NCBI GenBank assembly: GCA_040753215.1
Contig: JBFMEZ010000005.1
Location: forward strand, 1-61,835
DNA from: Candidatus Micrarchaeota archaeon
Lineage (GTDB): Archaea; Micrarchaeota; Micrarchaeia; Anstonellales; Bilamarchaeaceae
Direction of reading: 5' to 3'
Length of the DNA: 61,835 bases
A program made the translations under genes and the position numbers. The notes under the pieces were generated by a model. That model saw only the letters and a program-made list of their open reading frames with translations, was not told the origin of the DNA and did no database searches. Positions 1 through 9,597 of the stretch are shown piece after piece. Position 1 is the stretch's first letter; the number at the start of each line of letters is the position of its first letter.

Positions 1-193
1 ATTGCCCAAAAGAGTATCTTGGGAGAGAAGTTTACCTTATCATAAAGAGAAAAAGGAATTAGCTGCCTTCAGTTCAAAACTGGAAACCCGAAACTGGAAA
101 CCGCCAAAGAATTATCGGACAGTCTGTTTAGGCCGTGGAGGTTCACAAGGATTTTGATTACATCCATCCCGGAAACAACAGGAAGTTTCATCC

Positions 194-442
194 TCAACCA
201 ACACTTAGGGTAGCAATAATCGGATTTTCCGCATGTATCTCCCGAAGGTGCTCTATCTCATCGGGGCTCGCATGCTTGATATATAGTTCCACCGCTTCTT
301 TCAGGTTTTCAAGAGCTTCCTCTATGCTCGTGCCCTGGCTGGTGACATGCAATTCTGCGCAGTGGGCCACATACCATTTGCCTTCCTTCTCCACTACTGC
401 AGAGACTTTATACATAAAATCACAATAGTTTTCCTCCGCCAC
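194..442 (-). CDS. HicB-family antitoxin-like protein (no adjacent hicA seen)
   Basis: YVAHCAELHVTSQGTSIEEALENLKEAVELY matches the HicB N-terminal pattern. Confidence 0.8.
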   Translation of the reverse strand: MAEENYCDFMYKVSAVVEKEGKWYVAHCAELHVTSQGTSIEEALENLKEAVELYIKHASPDEIEHLREIHAENPIIATLSVG

Positions 443-592
443 ACTTTAAAATGCTTCCGAAGGCGCCTAGGTCGATATCTTGCCGAATGGCATAATTTGC
501 TTTACCATATGGTTTAGATTTCTATACCATAAGTTCTATTTGGCGAACCATATGGTATGTATTTTAGAACTATAAGTTCTATTTTACGAACC

Positions 593-985
593 ATGTCAAT
601 CCCGCAAATCCTTAAGGAATTCAGGGTCGTCGCAGTTGTCGGCGCCTCCCGCGACCCCACAAAGGACAGCCGCACGGTTTTCGAGTACCTCCTCGCCCAC
701 GGCTTCGAGGCCTACCCGGTGAATCCATTCGCAGAAGAAATCGGAGGGCATAAATGCTACAAATCCCTTTCCGAACTCCCAAAAAAGCCGGAAATAGTGG
801 ACATCTTCCGCCCCTCCGCAGACGTCCCTCCCATAGTTAATGAGGCAATAAAAGTAGGGGCAAAAGTAATCTGGATGCAATTAGGAATCATAAACGAGGA
901 AGCAGCCCAAAAAGCAAGGAAAGCAGGATTAGAAGTAATTATGGACCACTGCATGAGAATAGAGAATGAAAAACTGAAGAAGTAG
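593..985 (+). CDS. CoA-binding protein (YccU-like)
   Basis: VAVVGASRDP, YPVNP, VDIFRP, IWMQLG, DHC motifs. Confidence 0.9.
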   Translation: MSIPQILKEFRVVAVVGASRDPTKDSRTVFEYLLAHGFEAYPVNPFAEEIGGHKCYKSLSELPKKPEIVDIFRPSADVPPIVNEAIKVGAKVIWMQLGIINEEAAQKARKAGLEVIMDHCMRIENEKLKK

Positions 986-1282
986 CTATTTCATCCTGGG
1001 CAGATGCAGGCTCTCCACTATCCGCCTTATTAGCCCCATCGTCTTCTTGTGTTTGTAGAAACCATATCCAAAGAAAGCCGCACCAAGCAGGACCGCCAAA
1101 TACCCTATGTATGCGAAAACCCCTTCCCGGAAATACCCTACGAAGAATATCCCGCCCATCGCGACGGTCATCCCTGTCCGTATATACGCAAGGTAGGTCC
1201 TCTCCTCCGCCAATTTGGTGCGTTCAATCGCCAGCTCATCCCGGAGTATCAGCTCATCCTTGGAAAACTTCTCGTAAGCCAC
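986..1282 (-). CDS. DUF202 (YidH-like) membrane protein
   Basis: RDELAIERTKLAEERTYLAYIRTG followed by two TM helices. Confidence 0.85.
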   Translation of the reverse strand: MAYEKFSKDELILRDELAIERTKLAEERTYLAYIRTGMTVAMGGIFFVGYFREGVFAYIGYLAVLLGAAFFGYGFYKHKKTMGLIRRIVESLHLPRMK

Positions 1283-1288
1283 GGAAAC

Positions 1289-1561
1289 CTACTCCCCTGC
1301 AGCAGGAATCTCAAAACCCGCCCCTTCCTCGGGCTTCTCCGTGTCCACATTGAACAATCCGCCCAAATCCTGTTCAGGTGGCGCTACCGTTCCTGCGGGC
1401 GCCTCCCCTCCCGATGGCTGCCCCGCCGGCTGTTCCCCCCCGGCTCCGCCACCTGGCGCCGCAGGCGCACCCGGAGTCTCACCACCCCTCTTAGCGCACC
1501 CTAAGAAAAGCAAAGAAAATGCAAGCAAGGCAACTACCAGTATTTTGGCATTCATATGCAT
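1289..1561 (-). CDS. small predicted lipoprotein, Pro/Gly-rich
   Basis: hydrophobic signal ending in LFLGC; abuts neighbouring genes. Confidence 0.65.
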   Translation of the reverse strand: MHMNAKILVVALLAFSLLFLGCAKRGGETPGAPAAPGGGAGGEQPAGQPSGGEAPAGTVAPPEQDLGGLFNVDTEKPEEGAGFEIPAAGE

Positions 1562-2461
1562 CTACCTCCCGGACCAGTAAAGGGCCTGCAGGCCGTTGAA
1601 CCTGGCCATGAGCGCGAGCGCGTCGCTCCAACATTCCCCGTTCTTAAGCCCGTATCCACTCCCGACTTCCGGGGAATATGCGCACTCATCAATCAGGTCT
1701 TCGGTATCCCCCTTCAAATCCGCAATCTCCTCCAGCAGCTCCTCCTTGTTGCTGTTGCTCCCCGCCTCGATTATCGTCTCCGCATAATCCATGATGCTCA
1801 TCATCTTCTCCAGCCTGAACAGCAGCACCAGCCGGGAGTGCCTCTGGTAGAGCTTCACAACCTCTGCCGCGACCTGCGAGTCATAAGCCGCATCTATGTC
1901 CCCGTCCAGCTCCTCCCCGTATTCCAAAATTCTCTCCATGCCGAGCGTATCCGCGCCCATCGCCTCCAGCTCCGCGACCTCGGATTGCCCGCGCTCAAGG
2001 TCGTTCGCCAGGTACTCGTGCGCGGCCTCCTTCCCTTTCTCAAAAGCAGCAGCCCTGCACGTCTCCAGCTCGTCCTTCAGCGGCATGGTCCCCTCGTCCA
2101 CGCATCTCCTGAATGCAGCCGTCTTGTTCTGGAACGCATCTCCTATGATTGCCAGCCCGAGGGAGAGCATCTCGGTTCTCGCGGTCCACATCGCCGCGCC
2201 AAACTCAATCCTGTTCCCGTCCGCAATCGCGTCCTGCGCGTCCGCAAGCGCATCGTCAATGTCTTCCAGGTATCCGGAGGAGTCCAGCACGGGCACTTCG
2301 TGCACAAGCGCGCAGTTCTCCCTCATCTCCACGAAGCCCCTTGCGAACTGCGCATTGCACGCGACATAGTCGTACTCCGGCTCCATCATTTTGGAGGCCG
2401 CCGGGTTCACCCACGCAAATGCGGCTGCAAGGATTCCAAGAAACAGCAGTATCCTTCTCAT
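1562..2461 (-). CDS. secreted acidic alpha-helical hypothetical protein
   Basis: signal peptide MRRILLFLGILAAAFA; long ORF abutting the next gene. Confidence 0.7.
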   Translation of the reverse strand: MRRILLFLGILAAAFAWVNPAASKMMEPEYDYVACNAQFARGFVEMRENCALVHEVPVLDSSGYLEDIDDALADAQDAIADGNRIEFGAAMWTARTEMLSLGLAIIGDAFQNKTAAFRRCVDEGTMPLKDELETCRAAAFEKGKEAAHEYLANDLERGQSEVAELEAMGADTLGMERILEYGEELDGDIDAAYDSQVAAEVVKLYQRHSRLVLLFRLEKMMSIMDYAETIIEAGSNSNKEELLEEIADLKGDTEDLIDECAYSPEVGSGYGLKNGECWSDALALMARFNGLQALYWSGR

Positions 2462-2527
2462 CAAAATCCCCATCCTCTTTTCCAGGGAAGGGTTAAAAAC
2501 GTTCTTCCCCATTCCAGAAAGGGGAAC

Positions 2528-3262
2528 ATGGAACTTTTCTTCTGGATTCTCGCCGCAGTTATTCTTGATGCTCTGCTTGGTTTCACAGGCGTATTCTCCT
2601 TCTACCTGAAGGAAAACCTGCTGAAAAAGCTGGCCTTCCACCTCACCGCCTTTGCCGCGGGGACGCTTATGGGCGGCGCCTTCTTCCACCTCATCCCGGA
2701 ATCCGCGCAATTCTTTGAGCCGCTACAGATGTCCATAATCCTGATTGCGGGCTTCATCGCATTCCTCGCGATAGAGGGCTATTTCCACTGGCACCACCAC
2801 GAGGACTGCGAAATCCACCCCTTCACCTATACGATGGTAATAGGCGATGCGGTGCACAACACGATTGACGGATTCGTGATGGCTGCCGCCTTCTTCGCCA
2901 GCATTCCGCTGGGGATTGCCACCGCACTTGTGATAATCGCCCACGAGCTCCCGCAGCAGCTTGGGGTATTCGGCGTGCTTCTCCACGGCGGCCAGACCAG
3001 GCAGAAGGCCCTCCTCTATTCCTTCCTCGCCCAGTGCACGGTGATAATCGGCGGCCTGCTTGGCTATTTCCTCGCCACTTCCGCCGAGGGCGTTTCCGCC
3101 TACCTCATCCCGTTCGCCGCGGGCGGCTTCATCTACATAGCCGGCGCGGACCTCATCCCTGAGATGCATAAGTCCAAAGGGATTGAGAAGGTGCTCACCT
3201 TCCTGACCTTCGCGATCGGCCTCGCATTCATGCTCTGGATAAAGCTGCAATTCGGTGGGTAG
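2528..3262 (+). CDS. ZIP family zinc/metal transporter
   Basis: HLIPES, His-rich loop HWHHHE, GDAVHNTIDG, AHELPQ, DLIPE. Confidence 0.93.
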   Translation: MELFFWILAAVILDALLGFTGVFSFYLKENLLKKLAFHLTAFAAGTLMGGAFFHLIPESAQFFEPLQMSIILIAGFIAFLAIEGYFHWHHHEDCEIHPFTYTMVIGDAVHNTIDGFVMAAAFFASIPLGIATALVIIAHELPQQLGVFGVLLHGGQTRQKALLYSFLAQCTVIIGGLLGYFLATSAEGVSAYLIPFAAGGFIYIAGADLIPEMHKSKGIEKVLTFLTFAIGLAFMLWIKLQFGG

Positions 3263-3896
3263 GGTGCAGGTCGCGTGCCTTTTCTCGGGTGGAAAGGATT
3301 CCTGCTTTTCCGTATTCTGCGCTTTGGAGTCCGCGTGGTCGCCCATTCTTGTAACGATGAAGCCCGCGGAATACTCGATGATGTTCCATCATCCGAATAT
3401 TGAATGGACAAAACTGCAGGCGGAGGCGATGGGGCTCCCCCAGATTTTTGTAAAGCCGAAAGAAGGGGAGGAAGAGCTCGCAGCGCTGGAAAATGCCCTC
3501 CGCAACCTGAATATAGATGGCATATTCACCGGAGCAATAGACAGCGATTACCAGAAGCAGAGAATAGATGCAATCGGAGAATCGCTTGGAATTCCAACAT
3601 ACTCTCCGCTCTGGAGAAAAAAAGAGCCAATGTATTCCGAAGTCCTGCAATATTTCGAAACCTGCATCACTGCGGTTTCTGCGGAAGGATTAGGCCCCGA
3701 GCTTCTCGGAACAAAATTCCAATTAGTACAGAAGAAGGGAGTCCACCCCTTTTTGGAAGGCGGGGAAGGCGAAACCTTCGTTACCGATGCCCCTTTTTTC
3801 CAGAAGCGCATAATGATAGATAAATGGGAAAAGGGATGGGACGGGGTGCGGGGAGTGGCGAAAATAGCCTCCGCCCATCTTGCGCCCAAACGCTAG
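3255..3896 (+). CDS. diphthine--ammonia ligase (Dph6)-family ATP pyrophosphatase
   Basis: PP-loop LFSGGKDS, SMMFH, GAIDSDYQ, PLW, GGEGETFVTDAPFF. Confidence 0.88.
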   Translation: MGRVQVACLFSGGKDSCFSVFCALESAWSPILVTMKPAEYSMMFHHPNIEWTKLQAEAMGLPQIFVKPKEGEEELAALENALRNLNIDGIFTGAIDSDYQKQRIDAIGESLGIPTYSPLWRKKEPMYSEVLQYFETCITAVSAEGLGPELLGTKFQLVQKKGVHPFLEGGEGETFVTDAPFFQKRIMIDKWEKGWDGVRGVAKIASAHLAPKR

Positions 3897-3927
3897 CTAT
3901 TTATTCTTTCTTTCCGTGGCTTTTCCT

Positions 3928-5223
3928 ATGGCAAAAATAGGCTGGTATGAGGAATTTGTGGATTTGCATTACAAGCCGGCGAAGGATGATATAGTTGTCT
4001 TATTCTACTTTGAACCCGAAGCCGGCATAAGCAAACACGAGGCCGTGGGGAGGGTTGCATCCGAGAGCTCCACCGGCACCTGGACCACGTTATTCAAGAT
4101 GCCTCCGCGCATGAAGAAACTGCAGGCGACAGCATTCGAAATAGACGGGAATTATGTGAAGATTGCATACCCCATCGGGCTCTGGGAGGAAGGGAACGCA
4201 GTTCAGCTCCTCTCCGGAATCGCTGGCAATATATTCGGGATGAGGGCCCTGCGCAACCTCCGCCTCATAGACGTTACTTTTCCCCCCGCCTATATGAAGC
4301 ATTTCCGTGGCCCCCATTTCGGAATGGAAGGAATAAGGAAGATGATGAAGATATACAGGCGCCCCCTCACCGGCGCGGTGCCCAAGCCGAAGATTGGTTT
4401 TAGTGCGGCAGAACATGCCCAGATTGGGTTTGAGACCTGGATGGGCGGCTTCGATTTTGTGAAGGATGATGAGAACCTCACCTCCACACATTTCAACCGC
4501 TTCGAGGAGCGCGTAAAATTGATGACAAAAATGAGGGACAAGGCGGAGAAACTTACCGGAGAGAAGAAGTCCGCATTCCTGAACATAACCGCTCCCACGG
4601 ACATAATGAAGAAGCGCGCGGACATGCTCGCGGACTACGGATGGAACTATTGCATGATTGATGTGGTGGTCGCGGGAACCGCCGCAGTCCAGACCATGCG
4701 CGACTACTGCTCCGACCTCGGCCTTGCAATCCATGCGCACAGGGCTATGCATGCGGCTTTTGACCGCAACCCCAAGCATGGAATCACAATGCAGTTCCTG
4801 GCAAAACTCATGAGATTAATCGGTGTGAGCCAGATTCATTCCGGGACTGCAGTAGGGAAGCTTGTGGGAAGCAAAAGAGAAGTTACCGCAATCGCAGAAG
4901 TTCTCCGCGACCAAAAAATAAAACCCCTCCCGGGCGTCCTTATGCCGCAGGACTGGGGCCACATAAAGAGCGCCTTCCCGGTCTCTTCCGGAGGGCTTCA
5001 CCCCGGCCTCGTGCCGGATGTCCTCCGCATCTACGGGACCGACCTCGTTCTCCTTGTGAGCGGAGGCATACATGGGCATCCAAAGGGCACCCGCGCTGGC
5101 GCAAAAGCCGCAATGCAGGCAGTGGATGCGTACATGGAAGGGGAAACTTTGAAGGAAAAGGCGAGAACCTCCCCCGAGCTCGCGCAGGCATTGGAGAAGT
5201 GGGGTACCTATAAGCCAAAGTGA
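3928..5223 (+). CDS. rbcL: RuBisCO large subunit, archaeal form III
   Basis: ESSTGTW, KPKIG, GFDFVKDDENL, HAHRAMH, GTAVGKL, SGGLHP, GGIHGHP. Confidence 0.95.
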   Translation: MAKIGWYEEFVDLHYKPAKDDIVVLFYFEPEAGISKHEAVGRVASESSTGTWTTLFKMPPRMKKLQATAFEIDGNYVKIAYPIGLWEEGNAVQLLSGIAGNIFGMRALRNLRLIDVTFPPAYMKHFRGPHFGMEGIRKMMKIYRRPLTGAVPKPKIGFSAAEHAQIGFETWMGGFDFVKDDENLTSTHFNRFEERVKLMTKMRDKAEKLTGEKKSAFLNITAPTDIMKKRADMLADYGWNYCMIDVVVAGTAAVQTMRDYCSDLGLAIHAHRAMHAAFDRNPKHGITMQFLAKLMRLIGVSQIHSGTAVGKLVGSKREVTAIAEVLRDQKIKPLPGVLMPQDWGHIKSAFPVSSGGLHPGLVPDVLRIYGTDLVLLVSGGIHGHPKGTRAGAKAAMQAVDAYMEGETLKEKARTSPELAQALEKWGTYKPK

Positions 5224-5234
5224 ATAGTGGGAAT

Positions 5235-5867
5235 ATGAGAAAATTATTCTGGGAAGACCCTTACCTTAAGGAGTGTACTGCAAAAGTTGAATCAATCAAC
5301 GGCAACGAAGTCCGCCTCTCCCAATCCGTTTTCTTCGCCTTTTCCGGAGGCCAGGAATCCGATTCAGGAACAATAGGAGGCATCCCGGTAAAGGAAGCCC
5401 GCAAAGAGGGCAATGATATTACATACGTGTTAGAATCCACCCCTACCTTCTCTCCCAGGAGTGAAGTGGAAGTGAAGATAGATGCGGAGAAAAGGATGAA
5501 AATTATGCGCCTCCATTCCGCGGCCCACATAGTCTGGTTCATTTTCGAGAAGAAGACCGGAATAAAGAAATTGATTGGCTCCAACGTGACCTCCGGGAAA
5601 TCCCGCATAGATTACGAGTATCCGGAATCCCTCTCCCCCATCCTTTCCGAAGTGGAAAAAGAAGCAAATGAACTAATTTCCAGGGGCGCGGAAATCAAAA
5701 CCTATCCGGAAACCGGAAACCCGGAGCGCAGATGGTGGGAACTCGGGGAATGGAAATGCCCTTGCGGAGGAACCCACCCAAGGGATGCGAAGGAAATAGG
5801 GCAGATCAGGCTGAAGAGGAAGAATATAGGGAAGGGAAAGGAGAGAATAGAGATTACTCTTGCCTAG
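5235..5867 (+). CDS. alaX: AlaX-type Ser/Gly-tRNA(Ala) editing deacylase
   Basis: GGQESDSG, MRLHSAAH, CGGTH zinc motifs. Confidence 0.9.
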   Translation: MRKLFWEDPYLKECTAKVESINGNEVRLSQSVFFAFSGGQESDSGTIGGIPVKEARKEGNDITYVLESTPTFSPRSEVEVKIDAEKRMKIMRLHSAAHIVWFIFEKKTGIKKLIGSNVTSGKSRIDYEYPESLSPILSEVEKEANELISRGAEIKTYPETGNPERRWWELGEWKCPCGGTHPRDAKEIGQIRLKRKNIGKGKERIEITLA

Positions 5868-5917
5868 CCACCAATTCATATTTAAAAACTATCCAGCCCA
5901 ACTTATCCTGCTTATTA

Positions 5918-5990
5918 GGGGTCGTGAGCTAACCTGGTATGCTGCCAGCTTCGGGAGCTGGTTGTCTGGGTTCAAATCCCGGCGACCCCA
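5918..5990 (+). tRNA. tRNA-Pro(CGG)
   Basis: acceptor GGGGTCG/CGACCCC, anticodon arm CCAGC-TTCGGGA-GCTGG, T-loop GGTTCAAATCC. Confidence 0.93.
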
Positions 5991-6146
5991 TTCCAGTTTT
6001 CCGTTTCCGGTCCCCAGTTTCCCGAGACTTTTTCTGTTCATGTTCTCCATGCATTTACACGAACGATTACCGGAAACAAACCATAGATACTTTTTATAAC
6101 CCTCTCAACCTAATCCTCTACGCAAGTTCCTGCCCGGGGTGGGCGA

Positions 6147-9100
6147 ATGGCTGAGAAGCAGGATTTATCATCTCTCATCTCTTCCTTCGAAGAGTTCTTC
6201 ACCACCATCCATAAGGAAAAGCTCACCGATGTCCTTCTCGCTTATCCAAGAATAAGGAGCGTGGAAGTGGACTATAACGATTTGGAGAGGTTTGACACCT
6301 CCCTTGCAGATGCACTAATCGCCACTCCGGAACTAGTAGTAGAAGCAGCCGAGCAGGCAATCAGGAACCGCAACATGACGCTTCCCTCCGGGATAGGAGT
6401 ATTCGAGCCGCATGTCCGCTTCTTCAACGGCCCCTCTTCCGATTTGATGATCGAGCACATCGGCTCCAGGAGCTTAAACGAGCTCGTCGCGTTCAAGGGC
6501 GTCGTCACCAAGCGCACGGACGTCATGCACAAGGTGAAGATGGCAAAGTACAAATGCCAGGCCTGCGAGTCCGAATACAAGGTCCTGGTAGGGAGGAACT
6601 TCCACGAGCCCAGGAAGTGCGATGCGTGCAAGAAGCTCGCCCTCGTACCGGTGGAGGAGGAAGGCACGTTCGTGGACCTCCAGAAAGCCGAGGTGCAGGA
6701 CCTGCTTGAGAAGGTGAGCGGCGGCTCCCCGGCCGCAAAGATGGAAATCTGGCTGGAGGACGACCTTGTAAACAAGATAACTCCCGGGGAAAATATAGAA
6801 GTATGCGGAATCCTGCGCCTGAAAATCCCGACCAGCATAAAGCAGAAGAGGGAATACATATACGGGAGGTGCGTGGAGGCGGTCCATGTCCGCAGCCTCA
6901 AGAGGGATTTCGAGGAGATAGAGCTGAACCGCGATGATGAGAAGAGGATAATAGAGATTTCACGCGACCCTATGCTGAAGAAAAAAATCACATTCTCCGT
7001 CGCGCCGGCCATCTATGGATACAACGAGGTAAAGGAGGCGCTGGCGCTCCAGCTTTTTGGGGGCACGAAAAACAAGGTGATGAAGGGGGACGCGCCCCTC
7101 AGGGACGACGTGCACATACTACTCATCGGCGACCCGGGCCTGGCCAAATGCGCTGATGGCGATTCCGAAGTACTTCTTGCAGATGGCTCGGTAAGGAAAA
7201 TACGCGAAGTTGTGGAGGAAGTCCTGCAGGAGAAAGGAGAGCAAAAGGTGGAGGACGGGGTTTATGCGGTGAGCAACCATGATCTTCTTTCCCTGGATTT
7301 GGACGGAAAAGTATCGGAATCAAAGGCTACCTATTTCTGGAAGCTGGAAGCACCGGAATATATGTATGAGGTGGAAACCGGGGCCGGAAAGAAAGTTACA
7401 GTAACTCCTGAACACCCTTTTTTCGTCTCATCTGGTGGGCACGCAGCCGCAAAAAAGGCGAGCGAGCTTGGCATAGGAGAATTCATAGCGACTCCGCATT
7501 TCATTCCGGTTAGGGGAAAGCTGCAGCAGCTTCCGGCTCTGAAGAAGGGAAAAACAAATGCAAACAAGATTTCCCTCCCCAGCCATCTGGATGAGGGCTT
7601 CGCAAGAATAATCGGATATCTCTGCGGAGATGGCTATTTCAGGAGAACCACCTCATACGAAATCAGCCTTACAAGTAATGACAAGGATGTGCTGGATGAT
7701 TTCGCATCCATTCTCTATTCCTATGGATTGTGCACATCGCTAAGGCAGGACAAACGCACAAATGCGATAACGGCATTTGCATTTTCAGTAGAACTCGGGA
7801 GAATTCTGGCAAGATTCGGAATGGAAAAAACATCCTTTGAGAAGAATGTTCCTGATGAAATAATGAAGAGCCCAGATGATGTTGCTGCAGCTTTTCTAAA
7901 GGCATACTTTGGCTGCGAAGCAGGTGTCCACAAAGCAGGGCTGACCGTAGTTTCAGCAAGCAGGGAACTTCTAAGCCGTGTGCAGCTTCTGCTCCTCCGC
8001 TTTGGGATAATGTCCCAGCTTCACGAAACATATTCCCGTGCAACCAACGCGAAAAATCACCAGAAGACAAGGTATCACCGGCTTTTCATCCTTGGGAGGA
8101 ATGCAGTCGAATATGGGAATAAGATAGGCTTCACATCCAGAGAAAAGCAAAGGAAGCTGGGGTCTCTTGGAAAGAAATTCAACACAAATATGGATGTAAT
8201 CCCAAACATCAGTTCTCTTATCAGAGAAACAAGGATCATGCTTGGTCTCACCCAGGCAGAATGCGGAATACCAAAGCCGGCATACAGGCATCTGGAAAAG
8301 GGGGGCCGGAGCCCCTCGAGGGAAACACTGGGCAGGGTGGCTTCCGCCTTCAGAGGGCGTGCTTTGCCGAATGCAGAGAAAAACATCCGGCTTATTGAAC
8401 TTCTTTCTGAATCCCACATCTTCTGGGATAAGGTCAAGTCTATAAAGAAAGTAAGGCCCAGGGAAAAATGGGTTTATGACCTGCAGGTAGACACAACTCA
8501 TAATTTCATCGCAAATGGAATGGTCGTGCATAATACGAGGTTCCTGCAATCCATCACTACGCTCGCGCCCAAGAGCATCTACGTGAGCGGAAAGAGCGTA
8601 TCCACGGCAGGCCTTACCGCCAGCGCCGAGAAAGATGAATTGGGCGACGGGGGCTGGACGCTCAAGGCGGGCGCCCTGGTGCTCGCATCCAACGGCATGT
8701 GCGCAATAGACGAGTTCGACAAGATAGACGAGGAAGACCGCGCCTCAATGCACGAGGTGATGGAGAGCGCATCCGTGTCCATAGCAAAGGCGGGGATAGT
8801 CGCGAAGTTCAAGGCGAAGACGGCGATAATCGCGGCGGCCAACCCGAAGCACGGGAGGTTCAACCAGACGAAGAACCTCGCTGACCAGTTCGACGTCCCG
8901 CCCTCCCTCCTCTCCAGGTTCGACCTCATATTTCCGATAATGGACATACTCGATGAGGAAAAGGATTCCACCCTGGCGGAGCACATTCTCTCTTCCCATG
9001 CGGCCGCGGCGGCTGGCACTTCCTCGTCGCTGCCTGATGAGGTCGAGCTGATAGACCGCGGCCTCCTCAAGAAATACATCGCATACGCGAGGCGCTACGT

Positions 9101-9596
9101 GCATCCCGTGCTCGGGGAGGGGGCGAAGGAAAAGATAAAGAACTTCTACGTGGAACTCAGGAGGCTGGGCAAGAACTCCGGCTCGGTGCCCATCACCCCG
9201 AGGTACATCGAGGGGCTGGTGCGCCTCTCCGAGGCCCACGCAAAGCTGCGGCTCAGCAACGAGGTGGAGGAGGCGGATGCGGACGCTGCAATAACGCTGA
9301 TGAGATACGTGCTCATGAAAGTGCTCACGGACCAGGAGACAGGGAGGATAGATGTGGACATAATCGCGACCGGCAAGGCAAGGTCCCAGGTTGAAAAGAT
9401 AGAGAGCATAACCGACATCATAAGGGCTCGCACGAGGGACACGGAGGCGGTGCAGATAGAAGATGTGCTTAAGGATGCGGAAGCGGCGGGCATAGAGCCG
9501 GGGCTGGCCAGGAGGATAATAAGGGAGCTTTTGCAGAAAGGGGACATCTACGAGAAAGAGCCGGGCTGGGTGAGCCTGGTCGGCAGGGAGAAATAG
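6147..9596 (+). CDS. mcm: MCM replicative helicase containing one intein
   Basis: zinc finger, Walker A GDPGLAK(T), Walker B IDEFDK, LLSRFDL arginine finger, ITPR, C-terminal winged helix. Confidence 0.97.
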   Translation: MAEKQDLSSLISSFEEFFTTIHKEKLTDVLLAYPRIRSVEVDYNDLERFDTSLADALIATPELVVEAAEQAIRNRNMTLPSGIGVFEPHVRFFNGPSSDLMIEHIGSRSLNELVAFKGVVTKRTDVMHKVKMAKYKCQACESEYKVLVGRNFHEPRKCDACKKLALVPVEEEGTFVDLQKAEVQDLLEKVSGGSPAAKMEIWLEDDLVNKITPGENIEVCGILRLKIPTSIKQKREYIYGRCVEAVHVRSLKRDFEEIELNRDDEKRIIEISRDPMLKKKITFSVAPAIYGYNEVKEALALQLFGGTKNKVMKGDAPLRDDVHILLIGDPGLAKCADGDSEVLLADGSVRKIREVVEEVLQEKGEQKVEDGVYAVSNHDLLSLDLDGKVSESKATYFWKLEAPEYMYEVETGAGKKVTVTPEHPFFVSSGGHAAAKKASELGIGEFIATPHFIPVRGKLQQLPALKKGKTNANKISLPSHLDEGFARIIGYLCGDGYFRRTTSYEISLTSNDKDVLDDFASILYSYGLCTSLRQDKRTNAITAFAFSVELGRILARFGMEKTSFEKNVPDEIMKSPDDVAAAFLKAYFGCEAGVHKAGLTVVSASRELLSRVQLLLLRFGIMSQLHETYSRATNAKNHQKTRYHRLFILGRNAVEYGNKIGFTSREKQRKLGSLGKKFNTNMDVIPNISSLIRETRIMLGLTQAECGIPKPAYRHLEKGGRSPSRETLGRVASAFRGRALPNAEKNIRLIELLSESHIFWDKVKSIKKVRPREKWVYDLQVDTTHNFIANGMVVHNTRFLQSITTLAPKSIYVSGKSVSTAGLTASAEKDELGDGGWTLKAGALVLASNGMCAIDEFDKIDEEDRASMHEVMESASVSIAKAGIVAKFKAKTAIIAAANPKHGRFNQTKNLADQFDVPPSLLSRFDLIFPIMDILDEEKDSTLAEHILSSHAAAAAGTSSSLPDEVELIDRGLLKKYIAYARRYVHPVLGEGAKEKIKNFYVELRRLGKNSGSVPITPRYIEGLVRLSEAHAKLRLSNEVEEADADAAITLMRYVLMKVLTDQETGRIDVDIIATGKARSQVEKIESITDIIRARTRDTEAVQIEDVLKDAEAAGIEPGLARRIIRELLQKGDIYEKEPGWVSLVGREK
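7149..8534 (+). mobile_element. intein (462 aa) with LAGLIDADG endonuclease and HTH insert, in the MCM P-loop
   Basis: starts C(ADGDSEV), VTPEHPF block B, GYLCGDG, ends VYDL..HNFIANGMVVHN before Thr; looks AT-richer than its flanks. Confidence 0.93.
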
Positions 9597-9597
9597 C

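Noticed and set aside
1..193. hicA toxin partner for the HicB-like gene
   Set aside because: No suitable ORF; the region holds repeat fragments.
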